The position numbers and the translations under genes are program-made. A DNA stretch of 64,000 bases from an uncultured Nitrososphaerales archaeon (GTDB lineage: Archaea > Thermoproteota > Nitrososphaeria > Nitrososphaerales > Nitrososphaeraceae): contig CAWJCY010000009.1 in NCBI GenBank assembly GCA_963841565.1, forward strand, positions 1 to 64,000, given 5' to 3'. The number at the start of each line of letters is the position of its first letter. The stretch's first letter is position 1. The notes beneath the pieces were generated by a model that was not told where the DNA came from, did no database searches, and saw nothing but the letters and a program-made list of their open reading frames with translations. Shown here piece after piece: positions 34,486-45,748 of the stretch.

Positions 34486-34614
34486 ATGGGCAGTAAATGT
34501 GAATGCATGTGTCATACCAAGGGCAATATTCAAGATTTTTGTGGTTATTGTGCATCATCCCATACACTTAGGACTTCCAAAAGATCAGCTGCAACGACCG
34601 TGACTAAGACGTAG
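34486..34614 (+). CDS. 42-aa Cys/His-rich (metallothionein-like) microprotein
   Basis: MGSKCECMCHTKGNIQDFCGYCASSHTLRTSKRSAATTVTKT*; T-rich tract after the stop. Confidence 0.6.
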   Translation: MGSKCECMCHTKGNIQDFCGYCASSHTLRTSKRSAATTVTKT

Positions 34615-34835
34615 TTTCTGCTCTTTTCAATTCAATCTCATCTAACCTTCCTTATCCTTTTTCTACTAAAATATATAAAGAGACCAAATTGAAATGATCT
34701 CCTTTTTGTAATACACTACGATTGAATCTACAATACAATAAGTTTGGAAGATTATCCACACCTTTAAACCTGTGACGACCAGTCAAATAACTCTCTGAAT
34801 TAAACTATTATATACTTTTTTGAGCAACTTTTGCT

Positions 34836-35129
34836 ATGTTAGATCATAAGGACATTGCTTTTACCGCTCATGATTGCAAGGGTCAAGGGCAAAATATCAA
34901 GAATGCCTTTGATTCTAGTTATTATGCCTCTCATCGGATTCCAGTTATACTAGAATCGAGAGAAATTGGCAAAGTGTTTGCCGATGTTAATGATAATCTA
35001 GTTGTGATTGCAGGTGAAAACAAAAAGGAACACGAATATTTAATCCCCAAGTCCAAAGTGAGTCACTACGATGAGAAACAGGTTTGTGTTAGTATTACAG
35101 ATAACTCTTTGAAGGAATTTGAGATTTAG
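34836..35129 (+). CDS. hypothetical protein (PRC-barrel/DUF2171-like)
   Basis: EIGKV...LVVIAG...EYLIPKSKVSHYDEKQV, same pattern as 26457-26840. Confidence 0.65.
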   Translation: MLDHKDIAFTAHDCKGQGQNIKNAFDSSYYASHRIPVILESREIGKVFADVNDNLVVIAGENKKEHEYLIPKSKVSHYDEKQVCVSITDNSLKEFEI

Positions 35130-35896
35130 ATGGGAATTATACTAGTGAACATGCGCAAAATTATCTGAAGGGCAACCAATGGGCCTACATTGGCTGGCCT
35201 TACCACAGATTCAAAAATTAGACACTATCCTCTTCTTACATCAGTGTACTCAACGAGATTCTTCCTATCGCCTACATGCTAAATCTTGCTCAACATAGTA
35301 TATAAATTGAGGCAAACAATGGTATTTGCCCCCATTCAAAACCAGTCAGCGAAAGCCACTGAATAATTCACCGCGATATACAGCAGCTTGCAACGTTATC
35401 AAGACAAAAAAATATTCACCATACATGATCAATCCTTATGTGGAGGGTTCGCAAAGCTCTGTACTAGTTTAAGAAACTTCTCCATTATTACCTCGTCATT
35501 TCTCATGTATTCAACAAATACGGGAGCGGATTAGATAGTTTTACAGCAATGGGATTGCCTGGGCATAAAGAGACTATCACTAAAGTTAATTTCAATTGGT
35601 ATTAAAATAAGAGTTGAAAAAGGAACTTTAGTAAGGATATTATAATAATAATAGCAATTATAATCAGTATTACGTAAATGAAGGATCCCAGCAATTCTAT
35701 CTTCAACTTAATTGCTAGGAACCTATTTCACCATTATACGAAGCCAAAGATAAAATCATTAGGCTAACTAGACACTAGGAAAACCAAAGGGTGCAGTAGG
35801 AAATTGTATACTGCAATACACTTATTTCCTTATCACGGCTGAGCGTCTCATACATGCTGAATATAATTATATAGTTTGCTACATATAATAAATTAT

Positions 35897-36034
35897 ATGA
35901 GTGATAGATCAGACGAGGGTCAGAATACTGAAGAGAGCGACACTAACTTAGATGCATACTACTCTTGTGAAGATTGTGGTCAGGAATTTAAGTCGAGTCA
36001 AGAATTAAAAGAACACGAGAGTAACCAACATTGA
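35897..36034 (+). CDS. 45-aa acidic C2H2 zinc-finger microprotein
   Basis: MSDRSDEGQNTEESDTNLDAYYSCEDCGQEFKSSQELKEHESNQH*. Confidence 0.8.
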   Translation: MSDRSDEGQNTEESDTNLDAYYSCEDCGQEFKSSQELKEHESNQH

Positions 36035-36195
36035 TTTTGATGTTTGGAGAATGTTGGATAACCTTACAATAGGTAGCGCAGTTCGCAAGTGTGATTCTAT
36101 CGGTTGGACTCACAAATTCAGATAGCTATACCATCTTCTGCCCATCAATGAAGTGTGAATTGCATGGTATTACTTATGACCGTAATTTTATGTAG

Positions 36196-37161
36196 TTGAT
36201 AAGACAATTTAATCAAGTCGGTCTTTATACGATAATTCAAAAATTGAAATTTAACGTAATAAAACCCATTAGCTCTGGATCATTTGGTACAATATATGAA
36301 GTATTGGTAGAGCATGAGGAAGATGGCGTTACTACTAGCACTACTAAATGTGTACTGAAAGAACTCACCCGAATTGACAACCTTAGTAGGGAGCGTTTTG
36401 AGAGAGAGATTAAGATATTGCCAGAGCTTAACCATCCTAATATAGTAAATATTCTTTACTGGAATATAGGCGGCAATCCTCCTAAATTTCTACCATACTA
36501 CATTATGGAATATTTGAAAGGAGGATCACTACGAAAATATATGGATGAGAAATTCAACGCAAACAAGAATTTTGTCTTCGAACCAACTTGGGCAATAAGC
36601 AAGATTATACTCCCCATCAGTAGTGCATTGGCACAGGCACATAGCTTTAATGTATACCATAGGGACCTCAAGCCTGACAACATTATTTTTACTGACGATA
36701 CCAAGTCAAGTATAAAAGTAGCAGACTGGGGTCTTGTAAAAGGCGATTCAATTGACAAAGAATCCTTACAACTTACCACCGTTACATCAGAAGGACAGAT
36801 TGGCGGGACACCCGGTTACTGTTCGCCTGAACAGTGGTTTGCATATAATAAAGATGAGATAGATGGGCGAACTGACATCTATTCTTTAGGAATACTATTT
36901 TACGAAGTTTTAACTAGAAAGCGGCCGTCTCCGTATGATTCAAATGACCCCTCTACCTTAGAAAAGAACCAGAGGCAGTCACCACTTCCCACGTCTAGGC
37001 GTCTTATATCAAAACGAACAAGAGTTGATCCACCATCCAACTTCAATTCGAATGTAACAGCGCAGTTGGATGCTTGCATTCTTAAGATGATTGAAGTAGA
37101 TCCTGAAAAGAGACAAAATTCAGTATGGGACTTAATAACAGACCTCGACCTATTGAGATAA
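36196..37161 (+). CDS. Hanks-type Ser/Thr protein kinase
   Basis: SGSFGTIY, VLKEL, RFEREI, HPNIV, YHRDLKPDNI, ADWG, GTPGYCSPEQ, TDIYSLG. Confidence 0.95.
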   Translation: MIRQFNQVGLYTIIQKLKFNVIKPISSGSFGTIYEVLVEHEEDGVTTSTTKCVLKELTRIDNLSRERFEREIKILPELNHPNIVNILYWNIGGNPPKFLPYYIMEYLKGGSLRKYMDEKFNANKNFVFEPTWAISKIILPISSALAQAHSFNVYHRDLKPDNIIFTDDTKSSIKVADWGLVKGDSIDKESLQLTTVTSEGQIGGTPGYCSPEQWFAYNKDEIDGRTDIYSLGILFYEVLTRKRPSPYDSNDPSTLEKNQRQSPLPTSRRLISKRTRVDPPSNFNSNVTAQLDACILKMIEVDPEKRQNSVWDLITDLDLLR

Positions 37162-37345
37162 TCATCATACATCAACTCTTCACTGATAATTAATTGGTTC
37201 CGATGGACCAACAAGCAAAATAAAAGAGAAAATCAATCCCAACAAGATTACTGCATCAATAAGGATCAAAGCTCTAAGGATGACAATTAGCCCAACTTGA
37301 AAGAACTTTGTACCTGTCTTTACACAATGGAGCTTATAAGATAGT

Positions 37346-37852
37346 TTATTTCCTGAGTCTATAGAAGATGTAAACAGACGCAAACGGCACCACCGAAAGA
37401 ATGTATGCCCAGTATTCAATTGCTGGAGAATCAAATGCTAAATGTAGTCCAAACTTGAGTCCTAACAGTAATCCTAAGTATAATGTAATAAAGAGCGGTG
37501 CGGTTCCAAAAACAATGAATCTGTGGCTTCTGAGTTTGAATTTTTCAATGTTACGATAGGGATATTGGAGATGATGGTAAAAAACTGGCATAGATAGAAA
37601 AGAAATGGCAAATGTAATCGTAAACAGAGCAATCATAAGAATTATACCATCTTCGAACGAGAAATCACTTGGCCTATTTATCGAAATATTAAGCAGGAAT
37701 GCGAACAAAAACCCGGACACAGTTGTAAGAAGTGCGCTTTCTTTTAAGATAGTATCATAGTCTTTGGAAATGTCTCCATTGACTCCATATTTTTCTTGAG
37801 GATCTGAATTGTTTTTTCCCTCGCTATTGCTATTAGTACTATGATCACCCAT
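37346..37852 (-). CDS. DUF6328-like membrane protein
   Basis: ILKE..LL..VSGFLFAFLL, MPVFYHH, four TM helices. Confidence 0.7.
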   Translation of the reverse strand: MGDHSTNSNSEGKNNSDPQEKYGVNGDISKDYDTILKESALLTTVSGFLFAFLLNISINRPSDFSFEDGIILMIALFTITFAISFLSMPVFYHHLQYPYRNIEKFKLRSHRFIVFGTAPLFITLYLGLLLGLKFGLHLAFDSPAIEYWAYILSVVPFASVYIFYRLRK

Positions 37853-38160
37853 GTGATTAATTAGGTGCTCGAACAGTATAAGAAGGTTATATCTTCGTGC
37901 GTATTCGTATTTAGATAAAAATATTGCCTAACTATCAGGAATGACGCATCAAATATTTCAGTTAGATTGATCTTGAAAATGCTTGGCAAATTTATTTTGT
38001 GCTACACTATGAAATATCGCAAAATACTACCCGTAGTATACCTGTCCTACTCTCACAACAGATTATCATGAATTTCAAATTAGGATCAAAGTCCATTAGT
38101 AAGGTCCTGGGAACCCGTACTTTATTGAACTAGTCCAAAGTTATTTGCATATCCAAGAAT

Positions 38161-39020
38161 ATGAAATACTTAAAGGTAGTTTCAAACCAAACCAAATCCA
38201 CAAAAACAATGGATGAAAAATGTAAGAGCAAAATCATAAGAGTCATTTCACAATTTATCAACTCGGAAGTGAGTACAAGAAAATCAAAAGGTGTCGTAAT
38301 CGGTTTGAGTGGAGGGGTTGATTCTTCAGTAGCTGCTCGCTTGGCAGTCAACGCTCTTGGAGCGAAGAAAGTATTCGGCCTTATTCTCCCGGATTCCTCA
38401 GTAACGCCTCAGAATGATATCACAGACGCGGAGAAGCTTGCAAAGAAACTAGGAATCAAATATAAAATTATAGAAGTTGGAAAGACAAAGGATCAGTTTC
38501 TTAGAAACTTTCCAAGAAATAAGTTAGCAAGGGCTAATTTTTTAGTTAGACTAAGAATGTCTATTTTGTACTATTACGCAGCTGTAATGAATAGGCTTGT
38601 TCTAGGTACTGGCGACAAGAGTGAGCTTAGACTAGGTTATTTTACTAAGTATGGTGACGCCGCTGTCGATCTAATGCCGATTGGTGACCTTTATAAGACT
38701 GAAGTGCGAGAGCTCGCAGAATTCTTGCAAATTCCTTTAACGATTGCAACGAAGAAGAGTAGCGCAAGGCTGTGGAGAGGCCAGACGACAGAAGGTGAAA
38801 TTGGATTGGCATATGAGAAAATTGATTCTATACTTAAGCAGCTCGACAATTCTGGTCGAGGAAAAAAAATACAAGTAATCAGATCTTTTCAGATGTTCAT
38901 TCCATTACTAATATAAAATACAAACTAGGGAACAGGCAGAGAGATGTACGACGAGTATTAAATCTAATTGACAAAAGTGAGCATAAACTTACCCTTCCTC
39001 CCATTTGTCGAATCAGGTGA
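38161..39020 (+). CDS. nadE: NH3-dependent NAD+ synthetase, frameshift in the A run near 38862-38869
   Basis: GLSGGVDSS, RLRM, GTGDKSE..LGYFTKYGD, DLYKTEV; C-terminal KSEHKLTLPP lies in another frame ending 39020. Confidence 0.9.
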
Positions 39021-39064
39021 ACAACCAGTTAATATATATCAAATCCATACTAAGCGTACCCTAA

Positions 39065-39661
39065 ATGCGTATATTGATAGCTGAAGATGATCTTGATATT
39101 GCAAAGCTGTACAAGAAAGCCTTAGAGAAAAATAAACATGAAGTAGTCCTTACATCAAATGGTTCAGATTGTTTTAAGAACTATCTTACTACTCTGAAAA
39201 ATATGGCATCAGAATCAAAACACCAAAGTAAGGCAGATGCAGCTAAAACAAATATTGACTCGCTTCGAAATTCAAAAACTAAATTTAGAGAAGTTGCCAA
39301 TTCGAATACTTCTCCTTATGACGTCGTTATCTTAGACTATAGAATGCCAGGCGTGAATGGTATGGAAGTAGCCAAAGAAATACTGAATGCAGATCCTAAC
39401 CAACGAATAATCTTTGCGTCTGCGTACGTAAAGGAAACACTAGAAAACTCTGTAAAAGAACTTAAGCAGGTGGTCGAGTTGTTGCAAAAGCCCTTCGCAT
39501 TGAAACAACTCACCGACACAGTAGAGGATACTCTAGCTTTTGAAGAATTAAAAGAACTTAATGTGGATGTTGACAGAATCAAGGGGGCGGATTTAACACA
39601 CACGCAGATTTTCGACCTCCTGTCTAAGTTAAGGAGAATACAGAAGAATAGAACATTTTAA
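39065..39661 (+). CDS. response regulator receiver protein
   Basis: RILIAEDD, VILDYRMPGVNG, IIFASAY, LLQKPF. Confidence 0.9.
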   Translation: MRILIAEDDLDIAKLYKKALEKNKHEVVLTSNGSDCFKNYLTTLKNMASESKHQSKADAAKTNIDSLRNSKTKFREVANSNTSPYDVVILDYRMPGVNGMEVAKEILNADPNQRIIFASAYVKETLENSVKELKQVVELLQKPFALKQLTDTVEDTLAFEELKELNVDVDRIKGADLTHTQIFDLLSKLRRIQKNRTF

Positions 39662-40083
39662 TTCTCTAACTACGTGGGAAAAAAAGTACACATGATGTAA
39701 GCAATTTTCATAAGGGGCGGTTAGATCTGGGATTAAAGATTTCAGAAACAAATCATAGAATGGCAAGGGAGCGCTTCAGTCTTAGGGAATCGTCAGTGTG
39801 CTGCATTCAACGAGTTTGTTAATTTCCCCTGATGGCGCACGATCAAAAGAAGCACTATTATAACGACACTCAATCCGTTTTTTATTGGAAATGTTGCTGA
39901 ACCTAAATTTTTAAACAAAGAATGCCGACCGACATGGAAATAAGATGTAATTCTCTGTCCGGTTACCTATATTTTTGTTGTAAATCGACTAAAACCTAAA
40001 ATACTCTTAATGCACAAAATTAACACCGTGATAATTTTGATGGCATTCAATACCAGATTTGTTAGCTGTTCACCCAAGATCGA

Positions 40084-40662
40084 TTGTCGAAGTGGAAAAG
40101 TGACTGTATAACTATGAACTACAATTCTCTGTCCTGTTATCTGTCTTCAATTTTACCAAATCGAGATCCATATTCATATCGATTTCCCCTCACAAATGAT
40201 GACTTCAAGAAGAACATTAGTGCGCAGGCTACCCCCAATGGTAGAGCTTATACTCCATCCACGCCGACCATCCCGACTTCTAATATTAATAATAAAAGAA
40301 TTCTAATCGTAGACGATGATCACGACATCGCCACGTTCTTTAAGTTGGCTTTGGATCGTGTTGGATTTATTACCGAGATTTCCAATAATCCGCTATCAGC
40401 TTTGACCAACTTCAAGAAAGGGGCCTACGATTTGTTATTATTGGATATTAATATGCCACAGATGACCGGTTTTGAACTGTATAAAAAGATAAGCCAAATA
40501 GATAGTGAAGTCAAGGTATGTTTCATTACCGCATTTGAAGAATATTATAGTGAATTCAAAAGCGAATTTCCCAATCTAGACGAATTGAAATGCTACATTA
40601 AGAAGCCGGTAGGTATGGACCATTTGATTAACGCTGTAAAATCACGACTAGATTGCAACTAA
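40084..40662 (+). CDS. response regulator receiver protein
   Basis: ILIVDDD, LLLDINMPQMTG, VCFITA, YIKKP; true start uncertain. Confidence 0.9.
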   Translation: MSKWKSDCITMNYNSLSCYLSSILPNRDPYSYRFPLTNDDFKKNISAQATPNGRAYTPSTPTIPTSNINNKRILIVDDDHDIATFFKLALDRVGFITEISNNPLSALTNFKKGAYDLLLLDINMPQMTGFELYKKISQIDSEVKVCFITAFEEYYSEFKSEFPNLDELKCYIKKPVGMDHLINAVKSRLDCN

Positions 40663-41946
40663 ATCAAAAGTGAGTTTTCTTCTTTTGGATAGTTGGAACA
40701 ATTTCGTGATAACAGTACAGTGTACTGTTCAGCAATTTGTTTCCAAGTCGGAAAGGTTCTTCCAAAACGTAACGCCTCCTGTTCTTGCAGATAACGTTCA
40801 TGAGGATTTATGAGTAATCTGATTACATTATTTGCAAAATCAGATACCTTGTCACAAATACATAATGCTTGGTTATTGAAATTGAGACCCTGTGCCCCAA
40901 TCGAAGTGCTAACTATAGCTTTTCCAGCTTTTAACGCTTCCAAAATCTTCACTTTAATTCCTCCTCCTATTCTAAGGGGACACACCACAACTTCAGCGGC
41001 ATTATAGAACGGAGTAAGTGATTCTACGTAACCGGTAACTTTGATATGTGGGGATATATTCTTATTACTATTCATTAAGGCGAAGACTTGGGGTGGTGGG
41101 GAATTGCCAACTAGAAATAGTACCTGAATTAGGAACCCTGTTGAGAATCAGAGGGAAGATGGAATTGGAAAAGTATAGTGCGGCGTCAACGTTTGGTTCG
41201 TACGCAAAATTGCATACAAAGAGAACAGATGGATATTTGCCATCTCGGGTATCCAAGTATTTTCTACTTACAGGTGTATCCCATCTTCCGGCCGAATGTA
41301 GCTTAAATATATTTGGTTCATGGTCGATCCCGTTTGGGATCATCTGGACGTCAACTTTGGGTTCTACGCGCATTATCGTTATTTTGTCTTCGGCGCTAAG
41401 AGTAACTACTTTTGTAGCTCGTCTCCAATAAGTACGCTCCCACAGGAAAGTAAAATAATATTCGCGCCAGCTAGAAAGAAACTCCTCAGAGGATCTCGAC
41501 AAAAACATTCTTTGCAAATCAAGTGAGTATTCAATATTATGTTCGACAAGCACAATGGGGAGAGCAATATCCATTGGCAGTAGCTGCATAACATAATAAC
41601 CTTCAAGGTGCACTACATCAAAGTGTCGATCCCTGAGGAGTTGAGAGATTCTGTGCACACCCTCCTCTGAATAGTATCTATTCATCAACCATGGACGTCC
41701 TCGAGTATGCCCATTTAGCCGCGTCGAGTTAGATATCCTAAATAGGCTAATGCTCGCACAATACGGCTCTAAATACCTTGAGTTTAACTTTTCTATTTCT
41801 GGTTCAAAAGTCAAAGAGCATAAATGTATTCTGAAATATTTTCCAAGCCTCGAAATTAACTCAAATTCTCTTCTACGACCCCCACTGGCAGGTGGATACG
41901 GCAAATGAGCAGTTAGAAATAGTACTTCCATTTGGGGCAAGCCCAT
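40659..41946 (-). pseudogene. glycosyltransferase family 4, frameshifted near 41110
   Basis: PYPPASGGRRR, VEHNIE, IPNGID, YEPNVDA; second frame has PLRIGGGIKVKILEAL..GKAIVSTSIGAQG. Confidence 0.85.
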
Positions 41947-42144
41947 TTTATTGGCTATATAAAATTAGAAAACATATCTATTAATACTTTCAAAATGACT
42001 TCTAATCTGAATTGTGAGAGCAAACACGAAGGGCCTAGACAGATGCCACAATTGTCAACATGAGCTGAGATATTCCCGGAGGAAGGGCTATTTTTAATTA
42101 TCAATTTAACATCAGAGTTTGGCAATCACGTACGGCCCCCATCG

Positions 42145-42165
42145 TCCATCCATCCATCCATCCAT
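42145..42165. repeat. (TCCA)5 microsatellite
   Basis: tccatccatccatccatccat. Confidence 0.7.
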
Positions 42166-42657
42166 TTATGTTTCGCATATCTTTAAAATCTTTTTTATAC
42201 TAATACCAGCTAAACTCTTCAGATGAGTAATACCGACAGAAAAAAGGATACTATCGGTACTTACAATGAATATAAGGAATTGAGGAAATGGAAATATGGG
42301 CTTGTATGTAGTTTATATCGCTAGCGATACTAGCTACGCCTAGTCCAATTTATACTTGGGAGCTCGTTTCTTAGACTAGTAACATACTACCTACTAATAA
42401 GGCTAATACCTAAAATCCGTGCATAATGCATACATTTGATTACTTGCCAAAAAGTATCTTCTGAATGCTGACAACTACCATTGGTTAGCCCACATTGGTT
42501 GGGAGATTTACTTTGAACTGCTGTCAAAATAATAACTTAATCAATAACGTACTTGGGATTTTTGGTTGAAGAAATGAAATCATCATAAGCATTTGTGAAG
42601 CAAAATTAGAAAAGATTTAAGTTCTGCCATGTCCTTAAAGAGATGGTATAGCGGCAC

Positions 42658-42900
42658 GTGAGTAAGCTTATACAAAATAAACGAAACGACCTTAATACTA
42701 CCAGAATCACTGGAAAGTGTATATGTATGCCAAATAATATTACGATCACTCCAGTGTATCGTATCCGTGATAGCATGTCTTATCACGTAGTTAGGTGTAA
42801 TTATTGTGGAGAGGAGTGGGCAGAATATTGGATTAGTTATAGATATATGCTCTTTTCTCTGATAGATCAAAGCCAAAACCAAAAATGGGTTGGGTCATGA
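42658..42900 (+). CDS. small Cys-containing hypothetical protein
   Basis: CIC...RCNYCGEEW, zinc-ribbon-like. Confidence 0.5.
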   Translation: MSKLIQNKRNDLNTTRITGKCICMPNNITITPVYRIRDSMSYHVVRCNYCGEEWAEYWISYRYMLFSLIDQSQNQKWVGS

Positions 42901-43321
42901 TCCTGTCGAGTCCACTCTCATAGCTTTGCGGTCATGATTAGGTCTGAGCTGCTTTATATTCTTTGGATATCGAACGTGATTCCAACTAACCGTAATTTCA
43001 CAATGTCCCATCCTCCATGCTGTCTATATCGCCTTCCCAAATCAGTGCATTTAATTTCCAAATGGGACCATTAATCCTAACGTCACCAAGCCGCTGTATT
43101 CAAAGGTCTGTAACAACATGCCCTAAAATAAAAGTCGGAGTTCAGAAACATATGAAATTCTAGTCTTACATCAATTTTTTCATGATCGGAAGATGTGGAT
43201 AGCTATCCATAACTTCCAGCGTTAAATGAAAATGTCTAGATTCTCTTGACTACGTATATAGCACTATATTAAATAAAACCGTTTATTGGCCTACAAGTCT
43301 TATTAATCATAAAGAGCAATA

Positions 43322-43975
43322 TTGCACATTATGTCCAGCTATCCAGTCAATGAAATGAAAAATAACTATTATGCTTTTAATTATGCGTCTACTTTGAACC
43401 TTCGGTATAAGAGCCGCTCAAAAAATGGTACGATGATTGGTAATGAAGATCATGGATCGGAATATCTGGGAATACCCATGACAATCATAATCCCTCCTGA
43501 AAATATTAGTCAATTGCAGTTTGAATCTGAAATTAAACAAGTCAGCCTAAACACAAAAATCAACCAAATAATCAAAGATCACCTGGATTGGCATGCAGAC
43601 GCCCATGAAGCAAAGATGTATTATGTTCCCAGATCATTGATAACTAATACAGTAAATCACCTTACAGAACAACAACTTTCTGTGGTAGCACAATCTGTAG
43701 TAAATGATTTCCGAGATATGAGTTTGCTTTTACGTGGGGAGTATACCTTTTCATCATTTTTTGATATTCTTAATATTTGGTTGAAGATTACAGAAACACC
43801 TAATCGATTCGAAGAAAGCGAACACGAATACAAAGTTGTAATCAGACATGGCATGGGATACAAATATTCGTACTTTATCAAGGAAGTGTATAGACAAGTC
43901 ATAGAACTAAGATACCACAAATCAATTCACTACAATATTACTGACAACTCTGTAGTGATTAGAGGCGCGAAATAA
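43322..43975 (+). CDS. hypothetical protein (RHH-like N-terminus, thaumarchaeal type)
   Basis: LQFESEIKQVSLNTKINQIIKDHLDW...VIRHGMGYKYSYF. Confidence 0.7.
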   Translation: MHIMSSYPVNEMKNNYYAFNYASTLNLRYKSRSKNGTMIGNEDHGSEYLGIPMTIIIPPENISQLQFESEIKQVSLNTKINQIIKDHLDWHADAHEAKMYYVPRSLITNTVNHLTEQQLSVVAQSVVNDFRDMSLLLRGEYTFSSFFDILNIWLKITETPNRFEESEHEYKVVIRHGMGYKYSYFIKEVYRQVIELRYHKSIHYNITDNSVVIRGAK

Positions 43976-44409
43976 CTATTCCAGTACATACTACATCTTC
44001 ACCACCCATAAAAGTTTGATTTTAGAATTTGAAATGTCAGGGCAACATATTGTAATTTAGTAAGGTACAGGATTCGGTGCAATCAAGGTTATAATAAATG
44101 CTTTATAATTAGCTTATTCCAGAATAAGATTTAAAGGTTATATCTATGGTATTTTAGACTGTAGGTCTTAATGTTAGTAGGTAGTTTCAGTCTGTCAAAC
44201 TGTATTAGAGATCGAATATCATGTGGCGAGAATGGGACTAATCCGAGTAATCATTTTTATCCGATTTATTGTAAAACATCATACATGATAGAAAATAAAC
44301 CGGCTATATCATGTTCAAACAAAACAATCATTAACACCACCAAAGTAAGAGGTTTGCATTTTCCCCAGCAAAGATACTAATAGTATGCACGCATTAATTG
44401 TACTAGAAA

Positions 44410-44820
44410 ATGAGTGATCCTGAGAAATTGAAAAATAATAATGAAGAACACCATAATTTTGATTCTACTGATACTGATACTAGTAAGAAATCTGAGTCAT
44501 CAAGCATTACGGGTTTCAAGCAAAAAATTGTAGGTAAAATAACTGGAACATCGGATAGTAAAATGGATGAAAATGATGTCTCTCTTTCTGAGTCTATTAG
44601 GATCTCTAACAATATTAGGATGATACTTCTGGGCTTATTTGCATTAATAGGATTTATTATTCTAGTTTTCGCTATTTTCACAGCTAGCGTTAGTGTTGAA
44701 TTAGCCCAGATCGCCACCAGTGTATTTATGGCAGCCTTTATTGCGGCTATCGTTGGAGCATTTACGTTATTTGGGGTTGTAGTGTATCAAATCCGTGGTG
44801 AGTATAGAACGAGGCAATAA
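44410..44820 (+). CDS. membrane protein (2 TM)
   Basis: Polar N-terminus and two long hydrophobic helices. Confidence 0.7.
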   Translation: MSDPEKLKNNNEEHHNFDSTDTDTSKKSESSSITGFKQKIVGKITGTSDSKMDENDVSLSESIRISNNIRMILLGLFALIGFIILVFAIFTASVSVELAQIATSVFMAAFIAAIVGAFTLFGVVVYQIRGEYRTRQ

Positions 44821-45197
44821 TCATAATCACCTCTAAATTGAGAGCCTAGGTAATGCTACGAATGCAGGACGCATGATTTTAGTAGTAAACTTGGGAGCCG
44901 CGACAGCACATATTTGTAACATTTAGATCTATCTACTTTAGGTGATTAGTCGATGCAAGAAGATGGGAGCAGTGCCCCTTGACAAAACTCGACGCTGATG
45001 CAAAGCAATTTCCAATTATTATATTATTAATGTCAGCAATTTCAAATAGATGCTCAATGGGTTTCTCTGCTAATCAATAATTGTACGTTTGCTTTTTACT
45101 ACAGACAGAGTTAGAATCGAAGAACCTCAATTCCATCGATCAGATTTTGGAATAAGATAAAAATTGATTTGTTCTGGAATCTGGTCAACGAAGAATC

Positions 45198-45314
45198 TTA
45201 TTTGTGATTTTTGTCGTAATGCATGATAAATTCCGTATCACTCTCGAATACGACGTTGCATTTGCTACACATTACAGGTTCCTCGTTATTTTCTCTATCT
45301 CTATTATCCAACAT
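45198..45314 (-). CDS. 38-aa C2H2 zinc-finger microprotein
   Basis: MLDNRDRENNEEPVMCSKCNVVFESDTEFIMHYDKNHK*; TTTATAAA upstream at about 45351-45358. Confidence 0.75.
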   Translation of the reverse strand: MLDNRDRENNEEPVMCSKCNVVFESDTEFIMHYDKNHK

Positions 45315-45679
45315 GACTCGAATCCCTCTTCTACAAAATAGAAAAAATCGTTTATAAATATTTCACTGCTTGAAACAAAATAGGGTGAAACCCATAGTTG
45401 ATGTACGCATAAATCATTCAATGAAGGACATAGTTAAAACACTTCCGCTCATTGTAGTCATCGGGGCGATTCTTATTCGGGCCAGAGTGGTATTACCTCT
45501 CATATAGCATTGTAAAAGATTATTACCCCAGCTCAATAACATAGTTGTCTTGACTGACAACGTTGACAATCCTGACACACGCCATCTAGGGAAACATTTT
45601 GTAAATGCATTATACCACTTCATCTGTTCAGAATCAGTCAAATGCTGAGCGTGAATTTGCAAAAGTGTTCAAAATATAT

Positions 45680-45748
45680 TGTTAACATTTACAAATTATG
45701 TAAACATTTTTTCGTCGTGTTAACAAAATCTGTTAACGGTTGTAAACG
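45680..45748. promoter_or_regulatory. array of five TGTWAAC boxes
   Basis: TGTTAACA 45680, TGTAAACA 45699, TGTTAACA 45718, TGTTAACG 45731, TGTAAACG 45741. Confidence 0.5.
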
